From: Takakia lepidozioides
Lineage: Eukaryota > Plantae > Bryophyta
NCBI GenBank assembly: GCA_030704615.1
Contig: CM060733.1
Span: 37,696,001 to 37,760,000, forward strand
Length of the DNA: 64,000 bases
Direction: 5' to 3'
The notes under the pieces were generated by a model, which was given only the letters and a program-made list of their open reading frames with translations, ran no database searches and had not been told where the DNA came from. Positions 1-13,600 of this stretch are shown one piece after another. The first letter of the stretch is position 1; every line of letters starts with the position of its first letter. The translations under genes and the position numbers were made by a program.

Positions 1-1174
1 GATGTCTTGCAGAAGAACAGTGGATTCCCGCGGGCTTGGATTGACAAGGCGCCACAACATCCGAGGGAGTCTTCAAGTGTTTGGAGTCCGTTCTTTTTTT
101 CTTGTCAGCCTTTTGTCCTTTGGAATGATTCCCTGCAGAGGAAGGAAATGGCTCGGGGGTTTTTTTTCGCCTCTTTGGTGCAGAACATTGTGCGAGCAGT
201 TCAGGGTCACGCTGTGTCGATGTTGGAGATGTTTTGCCATTGAACGACGGGATAAGTGGAGGGGCAACAATAGGCAAGCACAAAAAATTGTCCCTTGAGC
301 ACTCGACATCCTGGATGGAATGAAAACGCAACGAAGGAATAAGTTACCTCGGAACTGCATTCCAATGTAGACGTCGTTTGACAGGAAGGTCATAATCTGC
401 AAATTTTCTTACCTGGAGCGACAGATGAATATCAGACCCCAAACTAAGTGAAATTAGGAGAATGACCAAGGAGCAAGAAATGAGTTTAAATCACCTGATT
501 CCTGCGGATTTGGGCTGTCCAACCCTCGTGCTGGGGAGATATGCGAGGAAAAGACGAAACCAGGTGCAGCGGAGCCGTAGCCGAGTCCCCAACGGTTGCC
601 CTGCGGGTTGGATAGACCAGACCCTGCGTACTGAACAGGGAGGGTGAGGAATGTTGGGAAAGGTCGATAAAGTCTCCGAGATATTTATGTTCTTCACCTG
701 CACCTTGGACTTTACCCCCAGGAGGACCCGAGAGGAGAAGAGTGTCGCCCGCTTCCCGGGAGGACAAGGGTCTGACAGAGGATCCATCCTCAATTTGAGC
801 ACCATCGTGAACCCTCGGAAAGCCTTCAATACTCCGACTCACAGCTGATCCGGAGGGTTCCTTTAGGGGACTTGAGGAACCGATGACGTTGTCAACATCT
901 CCTTAAACCTGCCAAAGAGACATAATCATAAATCCGAGAATGCAAGAATGCGAACTTCCACTGAACAGTGGAGGTCACTAGATATAGTCATGTCCCCGTA
1001 TGAAGGCCTGTATCAGAGTCTTGGGATTGCCCGGAATGTGCGTCAAGAATTCAACTGAAAATGAGTCAAAATGAGAGTACCATATCTTTCACGTGTGTGA
1101 TTACAAGGAAATGAAAAAGAGAAACTATGAAGATATTCAATAGCTCGAGTGAGATGGAATTGATCAAAAATAAT

Positions 1175-1921
1175 TTATTTTGAAGCATCATATCTAAGAC
1201 ATTTAAAACCGTTGTCCTCAATAAAATCCCAGAGTGGGCTAAACTTGGGATCGTTTGAAACATTGGGAAAAAAACTCAACCCTATCCTTTTTTTCCTAAG
1301 ATAGCTTGAAACAGTGGGATGTTTCCTCATTCCAAGCAAATAGGTCTGAAGAACCTTGAGAAGATAGCAACCATCAGTCTCAACGGTCTGGAACAGTTTG
1401 AGAACAAGACATGAGTCGGGCGGGTTCAATACACACTTCATGGCGGTGTCGTCAATGAGCAGACTGTTACTCTTGGTGTATTGCCCACCAAATCCCTTCC
1501 AGACCTTGACCGGTGGCTTAAAAAACAAACGAGGAGGGTCCAATCGTGATTTGAATTGAGGGTGAACCGAAGCAGGGCATGAAATACAATCCTCTTGAGA
1601 CATAACGAAGGCCGGTTGAGGTAGACCACAAAGCAAAAAATCCAGGATGGGCTGCAAGTTCTTGTACATCATAGAGCTCCAAATCCCTAACCGGTAGTAT
1701 TTGTGCAACTCTGTCCACACTTCGCGATATTTCTCCCGTCTAAAGACAAGTCGGAATCCGACAAGAGCTGGAATTCTGTAGTCCGATTTTGAAAACCGGG
1801 GGATATTGTAGCTCTTCTGGTGCTTCAAGATTTTGCACAAGACTCCATTCGCGTCAAAAATAATCAAACGCAACCCTTGCGCAGGAGGAGAAACAGGTGC
1901 TCCAATCTGCCAGAGAGTCAT
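1175..1921 (-). CDS. FCP1/NIF-homology (HAD-superfamily) phosphatase-like protein, intronless, 248 aa
   Basis: Motif I 'LIIFDANGVL' (cf. plant FCP1-homology LDLNGLL), 'GIWSSM', and motif IV 'SNSLLIDDTAMKCVLNPP' (cf. NTLLIDDSPYK..NP). Single open frame. Confidence 0.7.
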   Translation of the reverse strand: MTLWQIGAPVSPPAQGLRLIIFDANGVLCKILKHQKSYNIPRFSKSDYRIPALVGFRLVFRREKYREVWTELHKYYRLGIWSSMMYKNLQPILDFLLCGLPQPAFVMSQEDCISCPASVHPQFKSRLDPPRLFFKPPVKVWKGFGGQYTKSNSLLIDDTAMKCVLNPPDSCLVLKLFQTVETDGCYLLKVLQTYLLGMRKHPTVSSYLRKKRIGLSFFPNVSNDPKFSPLWDFIEDNGFKCLRYDASK

Positions 1922-2764
1922 TCATACTTAGGATGATAAAAGGGAACAGTACAATGCATTGGAAAAACCGACACCAGGCAAGTGAACATAGTAGGATTTT
2001 TTAGAATTAGGCACTTTCATATTATTTTTCCAACCTTTTAGGCATAAATCTTGAAAAATCACAGATTTGCTTAGGCACTTTTTTTTTAATTTAATTTGTG
2101 CCTAATCTGCTATGAACCTACGGTAATCTCAGATAAACATGTATAGCCATGCATAGCGCAGCTGCCAGGGATACACTTTCTAAAACTGGAACTGCAAACC
2201 TCATGTTTCCTGTCCTAACATAACCCACAAAACCAAATTCAAAAAAACTGAATGTGCAGAGTAGGTATGGGAAATGAGTGGAGACACGGCCGCCGCAGAG
2301 CGTCTGGCGGCCAACAAATGTTTGCGGGTCGCTTCGTGCGGCTCCGTCAGCGGAAGACGCCAGCATTGACCGCAGCGACATGGAGCGTGCCATCTCTCAC
2401 ACCATCATCCCTTCCCCGCATTCATTCCTCATAAAAGGCTCACAGAATATGCCAGCCTCGCTTTTGATTTCACATACACTTAACTTCCATATATAAACTT
2501 GTAGAGCTTCCCTGTCACATTTGTGTCCCACGCCGCACCAGTGGAGTAGAGAGACACAGACATGAGGTGAGTCTCACAACTACAATCTAGATTAACGTGA
2601 GAGGTCTGCGGGTTTGTGAAAAGAGAATGCATTTGAGGGTTACGCCGGTTTGAAGATCTAGAGAAGTCACAGCAATATCGATTGCTGTCTCCATGTATTT
2701 GTAGGACGAAGGATCGGGAGACGGAGAAGAGTGACGGTGAGGCCAGGGACACTTGAGAAGCTCT

Positions 2765-4615
2765 ATGGCAACCGCAAAGTGCTTCACGGTACCAAAGGAG
2801 ACATGTGCATTGATTCTGGCAGCTGCGCTATGCATGGCTATGAGAGCAGTGGATGCTCAAGATGCAGCTGCCGCTGGACCCGCTGTAGGTGCAAGTAGCG
2901 CGCCCTCCGTAGGTTGGTACAAGGGCCATGGTTGGCTGCTTTGGCTGGCCTTTGGGGTGTTTTTTCCAGGAGGCATTATCTTCTCCAAATACGGCCAGGC
3001 TTCTATCCCACAATGGTTCCATCTTCACTGGATTTCCCAGGTCAGTGTGATAGACTGTAGGTCACTTCGCACTTCTCGGAAGAAATTGACAATGCGGATC
3101 TTTGTGACCAGTAGTACTTAGAGCTCACTATTCCAGCAATCTGCCGGATCAACACATAACGACATGCATTGCTTCCGCACCCGGCACACAACCGGAGGTG
3201 TGCGTGGAAGTCAATTGGATCCGATCTGGTTTTTGAACACCTTCTAGTCAATGTATCTTAAATATAATTATTCACTCAAAGAGCTCTAACTGAGAAAAAT
3301 GACCCTTTCACGATCCACAGACCTGTTCATACCAAATTATGGTTTATCAGTTTGAGTTATTGCTAGACATGATGCGTTAGGTGTGCTGCAAAGCTGCATG
3401 ATATGACACCAAGCTTGTGATTGAGTAGGCGGTCGGAGCGACATTGGCAACAGCAGGGCTTGCGATTGGATTGAAAAAGTTTCAAGCGCTCACTGGTTCG
3501 TTGCACGCACAGCTGGGACTGGCTCTCGGTTGCATCATCTGGGCTCTACCTCTACTAGGCCTGATTCGACCCCACAAGTAAGTGCGTGGTGAAACTATGG
3601 TGGTATTCTCATGGAAGTTCTCCATTTCATGAACTTGTTAATTCCTTTCTAGTACTGCATTTTCTTCCAAAAAGCTTCATCACACCCTAATGCCGGGAAT
3701 CACATAGTAACTGCGCCGTATCTGGCGCAGGCGCAAGTCTTTGGGGAACGAGCCCAGGCTTCAAGATGTTGCTCTACCCACCCACAGCAATCCACTCCCC
3801 CCCTCTCTCTGAACTTGCACCAGTCTTGCACTTGCGCTTCACGAGGAATCTTCATCTGAGAGCGCTTTTCAACGCAGATTTGGGAGTCATGTAAGAGTCA
3901 TGAATGTAAATCGACCACGAGAGATAGCTTCGCTCTAAGAGCTCTCAGATCCATTATGATAATTTGATGGTATCGACAAGAGACTAGACTAATCTGCCGA
4001 GCCACAATGAGATAGTCTGGGCATGCTAGCTAGTAACTTCAGTCAAGAACAATCTGTTTGACAGGATGAGAGGGTACTCTAAATTAAGTGTGGATCCTCC
4101 CCCATCTGACCGGGAAGAAGATACCAAATTGGGTACAAGTGGTTGCCCTTTGAATTGCACTTACGTTGTTTTTTTCTTTTTGGTGTTTCAGGGGCCATTT
4201 CATGAGGCCGTATTGGTATGCGCTTCACTGGTTACTTGGGACAGGCGCTGTAATTTTGGGATGGTACAACATATTCTTGGGCTTGGCTCTCTATTTCCAG
4301 GACTTTCCAGCTAGCACACGAACACAAAATGTGAGTATCTGCTAGCCAGTTCCTCATTTCTCTGTTTATAACTCAAATATTGCTTAAGGCTGCTTAAGAA
4401 GCTTGAGGAAAATGCAAACAGGAACTCAAGGATATTGTTGGACACATTTTGCGTTGCAGGGTCTGAATTATGCATTCGCTGTCCAAGTTGCAGTAGTAGC
4501 CTTCATCTATCTATGGTTGGAGCGCCAGCCACATTTTCGCACTCAGTATCAGAATCCAACCGCAGCAGTGGAGCCAAAAAAAAATCGCTTTACAAAAGAC
4601 GACATCCCCGTTTGA
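2765..4615 (+). CDS. Cytochrome b561 domain membrane protein (signal peptide, no DOMON domain); exons 2765-3040, 3429-3577, 4192-4330, 4460-4615
   Basis: GT-AG splicing gives a continuous frame with the four heme-ligand His motifs: 'KGHGWLLWLAFGVFFPGG', 'WFHLHWISQ', 'SLHAQLGL..LIRPHKG', 'WYALHWLLG..GWYNIFLGL'. Stop at 4613-4615. Confidence 0.88.
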
Positions 4616-7601
4616 GGACATAATCCACGGTCATATAGATACTATGTACACGTTCTCTATAATGTGTCAAAAAGGAAAGAAAACAGCATACTGGTGGGGA
4701 GCAACCAGTCCATTTAAACTTTCGAAGGCACTGCAGTCTAATTAAGGAAAACTCGGTAGATGCGGTACTTGGCGTCTGAAGGAGGTCAAGGTCTCATACG
4801 AATTGACGTTTTGAGTTGGCATCCCTACAATTGTCTCATTATGCATATATGTGCTACATGAAACTCTTTGGAGCAGCCACAATTTTTCAGAGATCTTTGG
4901 ATCATGGCTCGAACAATAGAAGCTGGATCCGATTCCACACCTCAACTCTAGAAAACTTTCCACCTCTGTATAAGAAAATTGGGCTTTTTGTCTTTGAACA
5001 GTGATGGCTGGAACCTCGGATCATACAGACTGCAATTGTACTCTTATCAAATAAAACTGATGACATGAAACTGTCAGCAAGGTTGCAGTTTTAAGTGATA
5101 ACAGAATATGGGAAAATGCAAGGTCCAAGATTTCAAGGGGAGATTCCAATGATGGATCCTCCTCAGTATTCTAGTGTGGTAGCGGAAACTATCTAACATG
5201 TGCAAGGCGGGCCTCGCACATCATAAGTGAGAATGGTGTAATTTCAAACGAATGAGTTCTAAGAGATCGAGGACTCACGAGCACTTTTCGATTGACATTT
5301 CGTGATTTCAGCCATCGAATTACTAGTCTACACAATAGTGCAGCTTCTTGACATCTCTCTCTCATCCGACAAGGCCGCCCCCAATGTCTGGACATTGTGG
5401 GGTGCCACGGATGGCGGGGTGCACATGTAGACTTTTCCCGCCCTCTCAGACGTGTGAAAGCCACACTCTGAGCTCCCCAATGTACGCGGCCGTGCAGCCA
5501 GCCCCCGGAGTCAATCTGTCGCTTCCACCTAGTCTCGGTGCAGCAATACAGCCGAAAGCAATCCTGTATGTAGTTTATAAATTATAATCTCCTCAAAGAT
5601 TGCAAATCCGAAGAGGGCGGTGCACAGTTATCGGCTAAGTGGGTGCTGGCGACCACCGATTACGGCAAGCACACATGGTGGGGCCATCGTGTTTCCAGAG
5701 ACGTGACTCCCACACGACTCTCAGCCTCCGGCTGCTCACCACGCACCATGAGCGTCCAACTTCCTCTCCTTGGACCCACCACTGATCCCCAGCCGGAACC
5801 CACCTTCCATATTCGTCCAGATCGAGTCGGCAGGAGAATTTGCAGGAGAAGTTGTTGGAAGGTGTTCCAAGCAGGAAGGTAGAAAAGAAGCTACGATGAT
5901 GGCACGGAATCTACACACCTCTTATATTATTCTAGTAGGTAGATGAACGAGGGTCGGTAGGCTAACCTCACAAGTGTGGTGCATGAAGACTGTAACAGAG
6001 CTGCACTTGTTGTCGTGACTCGCGCTCACAAACTAGCTCCACATGCTGCGCTGCATTTCAAACGCTCATTGGCTCTCTTCTCCTTCCCTTCCGCCGCCGC
6101 AAATCCGTCTGCAGAAGCTACACCAATGACCGCCCTCTGCAGCATGCGCACGTCTACCACCCAAATCTCCCTCCCTTATATTATTGCGCTTCACCGTCCT
6201 CTTAATGAATGCGCAGCTCACGGAATACAGCATTCAATAATACATACAGGGTGAGAGTCTGTAGTGGCCTGCCTGCCTGTCGTCTCCAGCTGCCAGTTCA
6301 CACTTGACACTCTGGTGGCAGAGCACCAACCAGAATAATCACAAGTCGTGCCTCATACAGTTCCTTTGCCCACCATCTCGAGATGGTATGGATGCCAAGG
6401 AAATGCCTACAGAGGTTCCACGCATCTTCTGCATTGCAAACCTTCTACTTACAGCAAGCCTGGTGATACGGTTGGAGGACTGACGAGCAGCTGCTGCATC
6501 AAAGCTTTGTTTCCAAGATTTGCAGTGAGACAACACACTGTTGAACATTGGAGCTAAGTATCGCAAAAGACATGGTCAGCACAGGAGAGCAGCATCAGAG
6601 TAGCTCAAGAGGCTAAGGCTATGCTTTGATGGTTCAAACTATGACTTGGTGCAGGGGTGATGGCGGGGGCTGGACCCTTGCAACTACTAGATTGCACTCC
6701 AAGACATGGCAATCTAAGCTTAGCACAAAGGTCAAGTTTTGAATAGAGAGCTCAAAATTGCAGGTTGATGATTCACAGCATTTTGACATGCGAGAGAGAT
6801 GACTGTGCTTCTAAGGCACTATGGCCTTACCTGGTCTCATGATATCTATATCGGAAGTGAGGAAAGGTTGAGGCTGCAGAGGGGAGGAGAGCATGTAGAG
6901 TGCGGTTGCAGATGCTCTGCTTTCTTGGAAGTGATTTTCTGACAGTTTTGGTGCACAGCCAGCATGAATCACCTTCACAATCTTTGTATGGTCTGCTCAA
7001 TCATGTGAATCTCTTCTTCCAAAATTGCCAAAAGAAAGCTGGCAAGGCCCAATCCAATCAGTCCTGTTAAAGTTGAAGCACTTGGATTGGGAGCTTCGTA
7101 TCAACTAATGCACAATACCACAATATGACAAGAAAGTAGCGGCCATCCACTCACCGAGACTTAGCGCACAAAACCAAAGTGAGTGTGAACTCAACCAGGT
7201 CACAAAACAAGAACACATACGCACTTACAGCGGGAATGATAAGGCCAGACTTGCCGGACAAGAAGACTTGTGACGAATTGCCACAGGGCTGAAGGCAGAT
7301 TGCACTACACAAGTAATCAGTACACTGTCCTTTGATTCTAAATGCTCAAATACACAGCTTTTAAATCAGCCTTTGAATTTAATGGGTTAAATGTCTAGTG
7401 CCTAACTAGTAGGGACACCTCTTGTCAGTAGAGCTAAGTTAATCTTAGATACCAGATGTCGAACCTCTTCCCTCTGAAACAAACCCACAATTTTTGTAAC
7501 TCAAAGGAATGACACAAACGGATTGCCCTCTGCACCATAGTACAGAAAAGAGATGCATCTGCCGATAAAGGTCCAAAAGAATGGGGCTTTTGATGGAGAG
7601 T

Positions 7602-10600
7602 TCACATGGCTTTCACAACGTCGTGATAGTAGAGGAGCAAACACATCGGTTGTCCCACAATACAAAAGAAGAACCAAAACACCATGTTGCCCACCTGTGC
7701 GCAACAAATACAGACTACAATTGATCAGACCAACAGCAATTGCATATTTCCTAAAACACATGGCCCAGACATTGGCCTACATCAGGATGGGTTGATAGGG
7801 AGCTAGTAGTCTCTAGTTTCTTCCGAAGTTCAAAGACGTGTCCATGACGTCCAAACCAAGGGTTTTCAACACCTGAAAACGCGACCCAAGATCCTTTGGG
7901 TAGCGGAGACTTGAAGAGGCAATTTTGTGTGGTTCTAACTCTATTGTTTATCCCTTGAGACATTTTGTGGCTTTAGTAAAGTGTTTTCTTTCTCCCTTCT
8001 CTGGAAAAACTGTTCCTATGATTCAGAACAGCCCTGATGAACTGGAGTATATTTCAATGGCTTATAATGCTCCCATTAGTTCTTCTGAGATTGTGGAAGC
8101 AATTGAACATTTAAATGGATATAAAGCTGGTGGACCTGATGGTATTGTCAACGAGCTTATCAAGCACGGTGGCGATCCCATGATAGAGGCCCTAGTTCTC
8201 CTCTTTAACCTGAAATGATCCCCTTTCGCTGGCGACAGGGGGTCATTGTCAATCTATACAAGAAGGGTGACAGAGAAGAACCGGGGAACTACCGTGGCAT
8301 CACGCTCCTCAATGCTGTTGGCAAGACATTCTGCAGAGTTATAAGTACTCGTCTCGAGGTTGATCTGGAGTCTAGAGGTTGTTTCCACGAAGGCCAAGCT
8401 GGCTTTCGGCGAAACAGGGGCTGTGTGGATCATATCTTCACTCTAAGCCAGATTATCCAGGGAAGGAAAAAAGAAGGGAAACCCACTTATGTCTTTTCCT
8501 GGATGTCAAAAAGGCTTATGACACAGTGTGGAGAGATGGCCTATGGTTCCGCCTCTGGTCTTGTGGGATCAAGGGAAAGATGTGGAGAGTTGTCCACAAC
8601 TTGTATGCTCACACCAAAAGCTGTGTCACTGTTAACGGACAGAAGTCCAACTTCTTTGACGTAGACCAAGGTGTAGCTCAAGGATGTACTCTCTCCCCTC
8701 TGCTCTTCAATGTTTTCATCAATCAACTCCTCGAGGATGTGGAAAGTGAGGGATTTGGGTTAAGGGTGGGTGATACCACCATACCAGCCCTTATGTTTGC
8801 GGATGACTTCGCAGGCATAGGGGAGACTCCAACCAATCTCCAGGAGTTGATTGATTGCGCGAAGAGATACTTTGATCTTTGGGGGCTAGAGGCTAATGTC
8901 AGCAAATGTGCAGTGGTAGCATTCAACGACAGAGGAGAGGGAGGAAGTGATCTTAAGTGGCAGTGGGGTAGCCAAGAGATCCCGGTCCTCCCTTCCTACA
9001 CTTACCTGGGCGTTGAGTTCTCCTCCAATTGTAATTGGGATGCACATATCCGGAAAGTTGTTCAAACTGGCAAGGGCAAAGCTCTGGGGCTCACTAAATT
9101 TTTCCACTGCAGAGGGGTCAACTCTGAGGTTAAGAAAACCATGCTTTGTCGCGTTATTAGTCCTGCCTTGGAGTACGGATCTGCTATATGGGTTGATAAC
9201 TCCAACCAGGCTAAGTCTCTAGAATCCATTCAAGTGGGGGTGCTTAAGGAGTGTATGTCAGCATGCTCCAAAACAGCCAATGTGGCTGTTCGGGGTGAGT
9301 TTGGCATTCCGTCCTTAAGCTCCCGACGAGATGAATTCAAGGTCAGATGGTGGGGTCAGCTGCAACATATGCCCAACACCAGATATCCTAAATTAATCGA
9401 CTCTATATCTTGGAAACAGGACCGCCCTGTGTCAAACAGGCTAAGTCCTGGCAAGAGAGAGTAGAAGACATCCTCAAGGACCTGGACCTGGATCCGCAAG
9501 TCTTGACCCTGCTGGATAAATCTGACTTAGAGGCTGTAGTGTCCTCAGCCATGTCTGTTGCCATGAGATTGTCTGATGAAAATGAAGTTAGGCAGAAAAC
9601 TTCCCTGAACTTGTTTCAAGGGTCTACCCACTCTCGGCACTAGACTGAAATTTAAACTCAGGGCAGGAAGCCTACCTTTGAACAGCAAACAGAAGCAGAG
9701 AGGAAAGGGAGAGTGCAATTGCCCGTTGTGTGGGCAATCTGAAGACAGTATTCATTTTCTGATACACTGTCCGGGGTTCTCTCACCAAAGAGACGCTCTC
9801 TTCAAATCTATTAAGGGAATTGTGCCTGTACCCCTGTTTACCAACTTTGAAAGTCTTGAGGCTGAGCCAAAAGCCCAGGCCCTCCTGAGGCCTAGTTTTT
9901 GGGCAAATCACACACAGCAGATTGATGCTTGTGTGAAGGGATTTCTAGAGGATATCTGGAAAACCCGGATTAATTCTTTATATGGAGGTAAGTCTTACTA
10001 CCAACGTCAGCCCCTGACAGAGTTTGGTTCTGTCCCTTTTGTTCCCGCTCAAACTGGGCGCGGGGTCAATGGCCACGAGGCTACGGCAAACAACGTCTTA
10101 TGAGTACAATTTCTCCCTTCTCTCTCTTGATACCTGGACCTATTGCAACTAACAAAATACCTTGGTACTAGTTCAATACTCTGATTCTTTTCTGCTCTAG
10201 GATTGGACAGATTCTCTCTCTTTGCAATCTTATCAACCTCATGGTTTTGCTTCAAAGCAATTTTTGAGCAAGTATAACTTAATCATGTAACATCAACGAG
10301 GGATCATTGACCGCAATGCTCTACCACAAATCAGATGGCTACTTTGACAGAGATTCATACCCTGGTGGTTGATAACCCCACGAACTGCTCTCGCATGAGA
10401 GTCTTTTGCTGTATAAGGTTCACAGGGAAGGGTGACTAAGAGAATCTCTTACATTGATGGTGGTATGCTAGCTATTGTATGGACAACTAAACACAGACAT
10501 AGCACTGACATTCATAGGTGAGGCTGCATACCATTGAGTTATGAAACTTTTGTTGGAGAAACTTTGTGAAGAAAACCAGTGGCACCTGTTTGTGATCCAA

Positions 10601-13600
10601 AGGAACCAAGGAGTCATTCTCTCTGTTTGAGCAGTGCTTTCCTTCTTAACTGTTCAATCGACTAGAGAGACCAACAGATCATGACTGGTTAGGGCACGAG
10701 ACCGCCTGAAAGTGGTCCTGGATTCAAATCCACACAGGAATATGTTGGGTGTGACCCATATAGTGTAACCTAAGATTGTGGGTTACATAGGAGTTTTGGA
10801 GTCCTTGCATTGGCCTGGATACGGCTGTCAGAAGGTGTCCACCTCTCAAATCAAACAGCAGCCCTACATGTTGAAGAGACACTATCATCCACCCTGCTTC
10901 GGCAAACATCCTCCTCTTTAGTTAAATAGAAGATGTTAACAAAGACACTAAAGACCATTTCTCTGTCGGATGTATCTAAACTGGTAAAGGAGTGCCTGAT
11001 CACTGTGGCTGACACAGTCTGCAGCTCCACCAGTTATGAAACCTCTGGCTACCTGTAACATACTCACCAATAGACGAATATTGAACTTATCACAATTCTG
11101 TTCAAATCTCAATCCCGACAATCCTCTGCTTGTTTGATACATGATTCTTTTACCAGAGACAACTCTCTCAACCTCACTCTTGTATGCAGCCCAAAAGCTC
11201 CATGGTCACCAGAGTAAGCCAAGTATGTCTTTGTTCACATATCTTGTTTAAGGTGTCCATAGAAACATTCAAAGAATGTCACAGTAAAGGGAGCCACATT
11301 GTGACATACCTGAAACATGATGCCAAGGAAAGCCCAGCACCGCAGCATGTGACAAGGCACGCCAATACAAACCTGGGGCACCACCCATGATATTATTCCA
11401 ACAGAAATCACACTTACAATTCCTGCAAAAGGGAAACTTTTATTAGTTGCAAACATCTAGGTCAGTCAGATTACCCTTGCCCTCCCTTTCTTATTGTATT
11501 TATATCTGTGCCCACAAAACCAGAAAAGAGAGTATTCATTGACCATTTCCTGCAAGGATTCACACTGAACCAGTCTTTGCAAGATACTAAACCCCCCAGG
11601 GAACTGACCGAGGTTTGTCAACCCACCAGGGTACCGGAAAGCAACCCGAATTCCACAATGCTTTCCCACAGCCAACAACAATGATAACAAGGGATTGACT
11701 GCTAACTTAGGGGCCAGTTGGCAAAGAGGTGAGATGTGGCTGTAATTGCATTGCAATCCCCACATGATGCCAACCCTCCTAGAGCCGGTTGTGTGTCTCC
11801 ATCCACCACGTTGTGTGTGGGTGGGTGTGACCTGGTGTGTGGGGGCATTAGACAGACTGGACATGTGCATGGCCTTTGAAAACAACCAGAGCTTACCTCA
11901 TGAAAAATGCCGGAGATTGCGAATACAATAATAACCGTCATTGACTGCCAAGCCCCTCGCCGTCCCAGAAAATCAAACCACTTCAATTAACAGTGTATGT
12001 GGACCACCATGCAGACTGTAACTATGAAAACTGGAAATAACAAGCAACCATACACTTGGAGTCACTACACACCTTAGGGATGCCAGCACGGATGCAAGGG
12101 AAATAGATATGGCGAACCATCCACCGATGCACAGGCTACAGCCATCAGAAAGAAACAAAAATTAACTCCACTTCACCAATTTGTGCAGGATAAGACATTG
12201 GAGTTCCAGTCAAAAGGGGAATTCTTAAGCAGGAAATGAGATAGTGTGGATTAGGCCATGCCCACCATTGGACACTTAAGATCTCAAATCTGCGACCATC
12301 CACAGCCCACATATTCTATAGACAGATGATTTTCCATGTTATGACCTTACAATATGGAAAACCTGCTAACAAACCTCCCAGTATGGGACTCTCTCACATC
12401 GAACCGCCCATAGCTCCCTCAGAACCCACAGCATCTCACTTGCAGGACCATTTAACTCTGTTGGACTTGCACAAAATTATACAAGATTGGAGAAAACGAA
12501 GAGAAATGAAGACTCTTCTTCCTCGGGAAACAAGACCAAAGAAAGAGAACTAGCTAACTAACAGACTGAATGCAAACTTGAAATGTTGGCCGGGAAGACT
12601 TACCATGTTCCACATGCGCCAATACTGAAGAGAGCCAGGGTTGGAAATACATGAAGCAGTACCACCGATCCCAAGCAATAGTCAGTTAAAAACCTCATAT
12701 TTGAATATACTTTAACCCAATTGATATCACTGGAAATCTATTTTTTCTGGCATAGAAACCCACCCAACACCATGAACAGTCTAAGTGTTCCAAGCTGAAA
12801 TGCTCGCTTCAAAAGGATAGAGAGAAACAACTGCTTCCACCTCTTCAACTGTTTTTGCATTCCACCAGTCTTTGTAGAACTCCCGGTCTCCAAAACGAAC
12901 TATCTCCGCCAATATGTTGAGCCTGCCATTTGCATTGAACAAGTTGAAGCAGATGGGCTCTCTCTCTCCCTCTAATCCCCACTACTGGAGTGAGCCCCTC
13001 GCAAATAGTGTCCGTTCCCTGTTGTTAAGCCCAAATTGAGCACGGGGTCTATGGCCACAAGGCTACGGCAGGGACTGAAGGAAGAGAAGACTTTCATTTC
13101 CTCCTTTCTTGAGAATTTTGAATTGCACCAAAAACAGTAAGAAAGATCACAATGATATGCCCAAAATACATCCAAAAATCACAAAAGAAAATCTGCTTAG
13201 GAGGAAAACACCCTCCATAATGGGTGGCCAGACTCATCTTCTCCTGAGATTCATACTTCAGCTAGAAAAGAGGCCAAGGAATGCCAGGACAGGTACAGAC
13301 ACAGAGTACAATCCTGAAGTAAATTCTTGATACTGAAAAATGACCCAGACTCACAAGTGGGACAGTAAAATTGGCAGCACTGTAGTGCATTCTAAATGTA
13401 CACAATCAACGCAAATGCAACAATTTTCCAAAGATGTCAGATTGGGGGGAAAGTTAGTACATACCAAAGGTGAAAGAAGCAATAAAACAAGCAGAGCCAG
13501 AAATACAGAGTTGGGATGGACAGCTTCAGTACTCTTTCCAACGCGTACAAATAGTTGCCCTGAAGCGGGTGCTGTGAGTTCTTTATTGTTGGAGTGATAT

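Noticed and set aside
5600-7300. Several short ORFs and splice-like signals between the cytochrome b561 gene and the DGAT1 3' end
   Set aside because: No recognisable protein motif in any frame; could be UTR/lncRNA or decayed repeat but not supportable.
10948-11142. '[15 protein letters not shown]' as a possible DGAT1 C-terminus
   Set aside because: The true terminal exons were found at 10585-10532 and 7694-7602; this stretch is intronic.
11466-11885. 139-aa minus ORF containing '[10 protein letters not shown]', reminiscent of DGAT1 'MVGNMIFWF'
   Set aside because: Wrong order relative to the other exons and lies inside an intron; coincidental.
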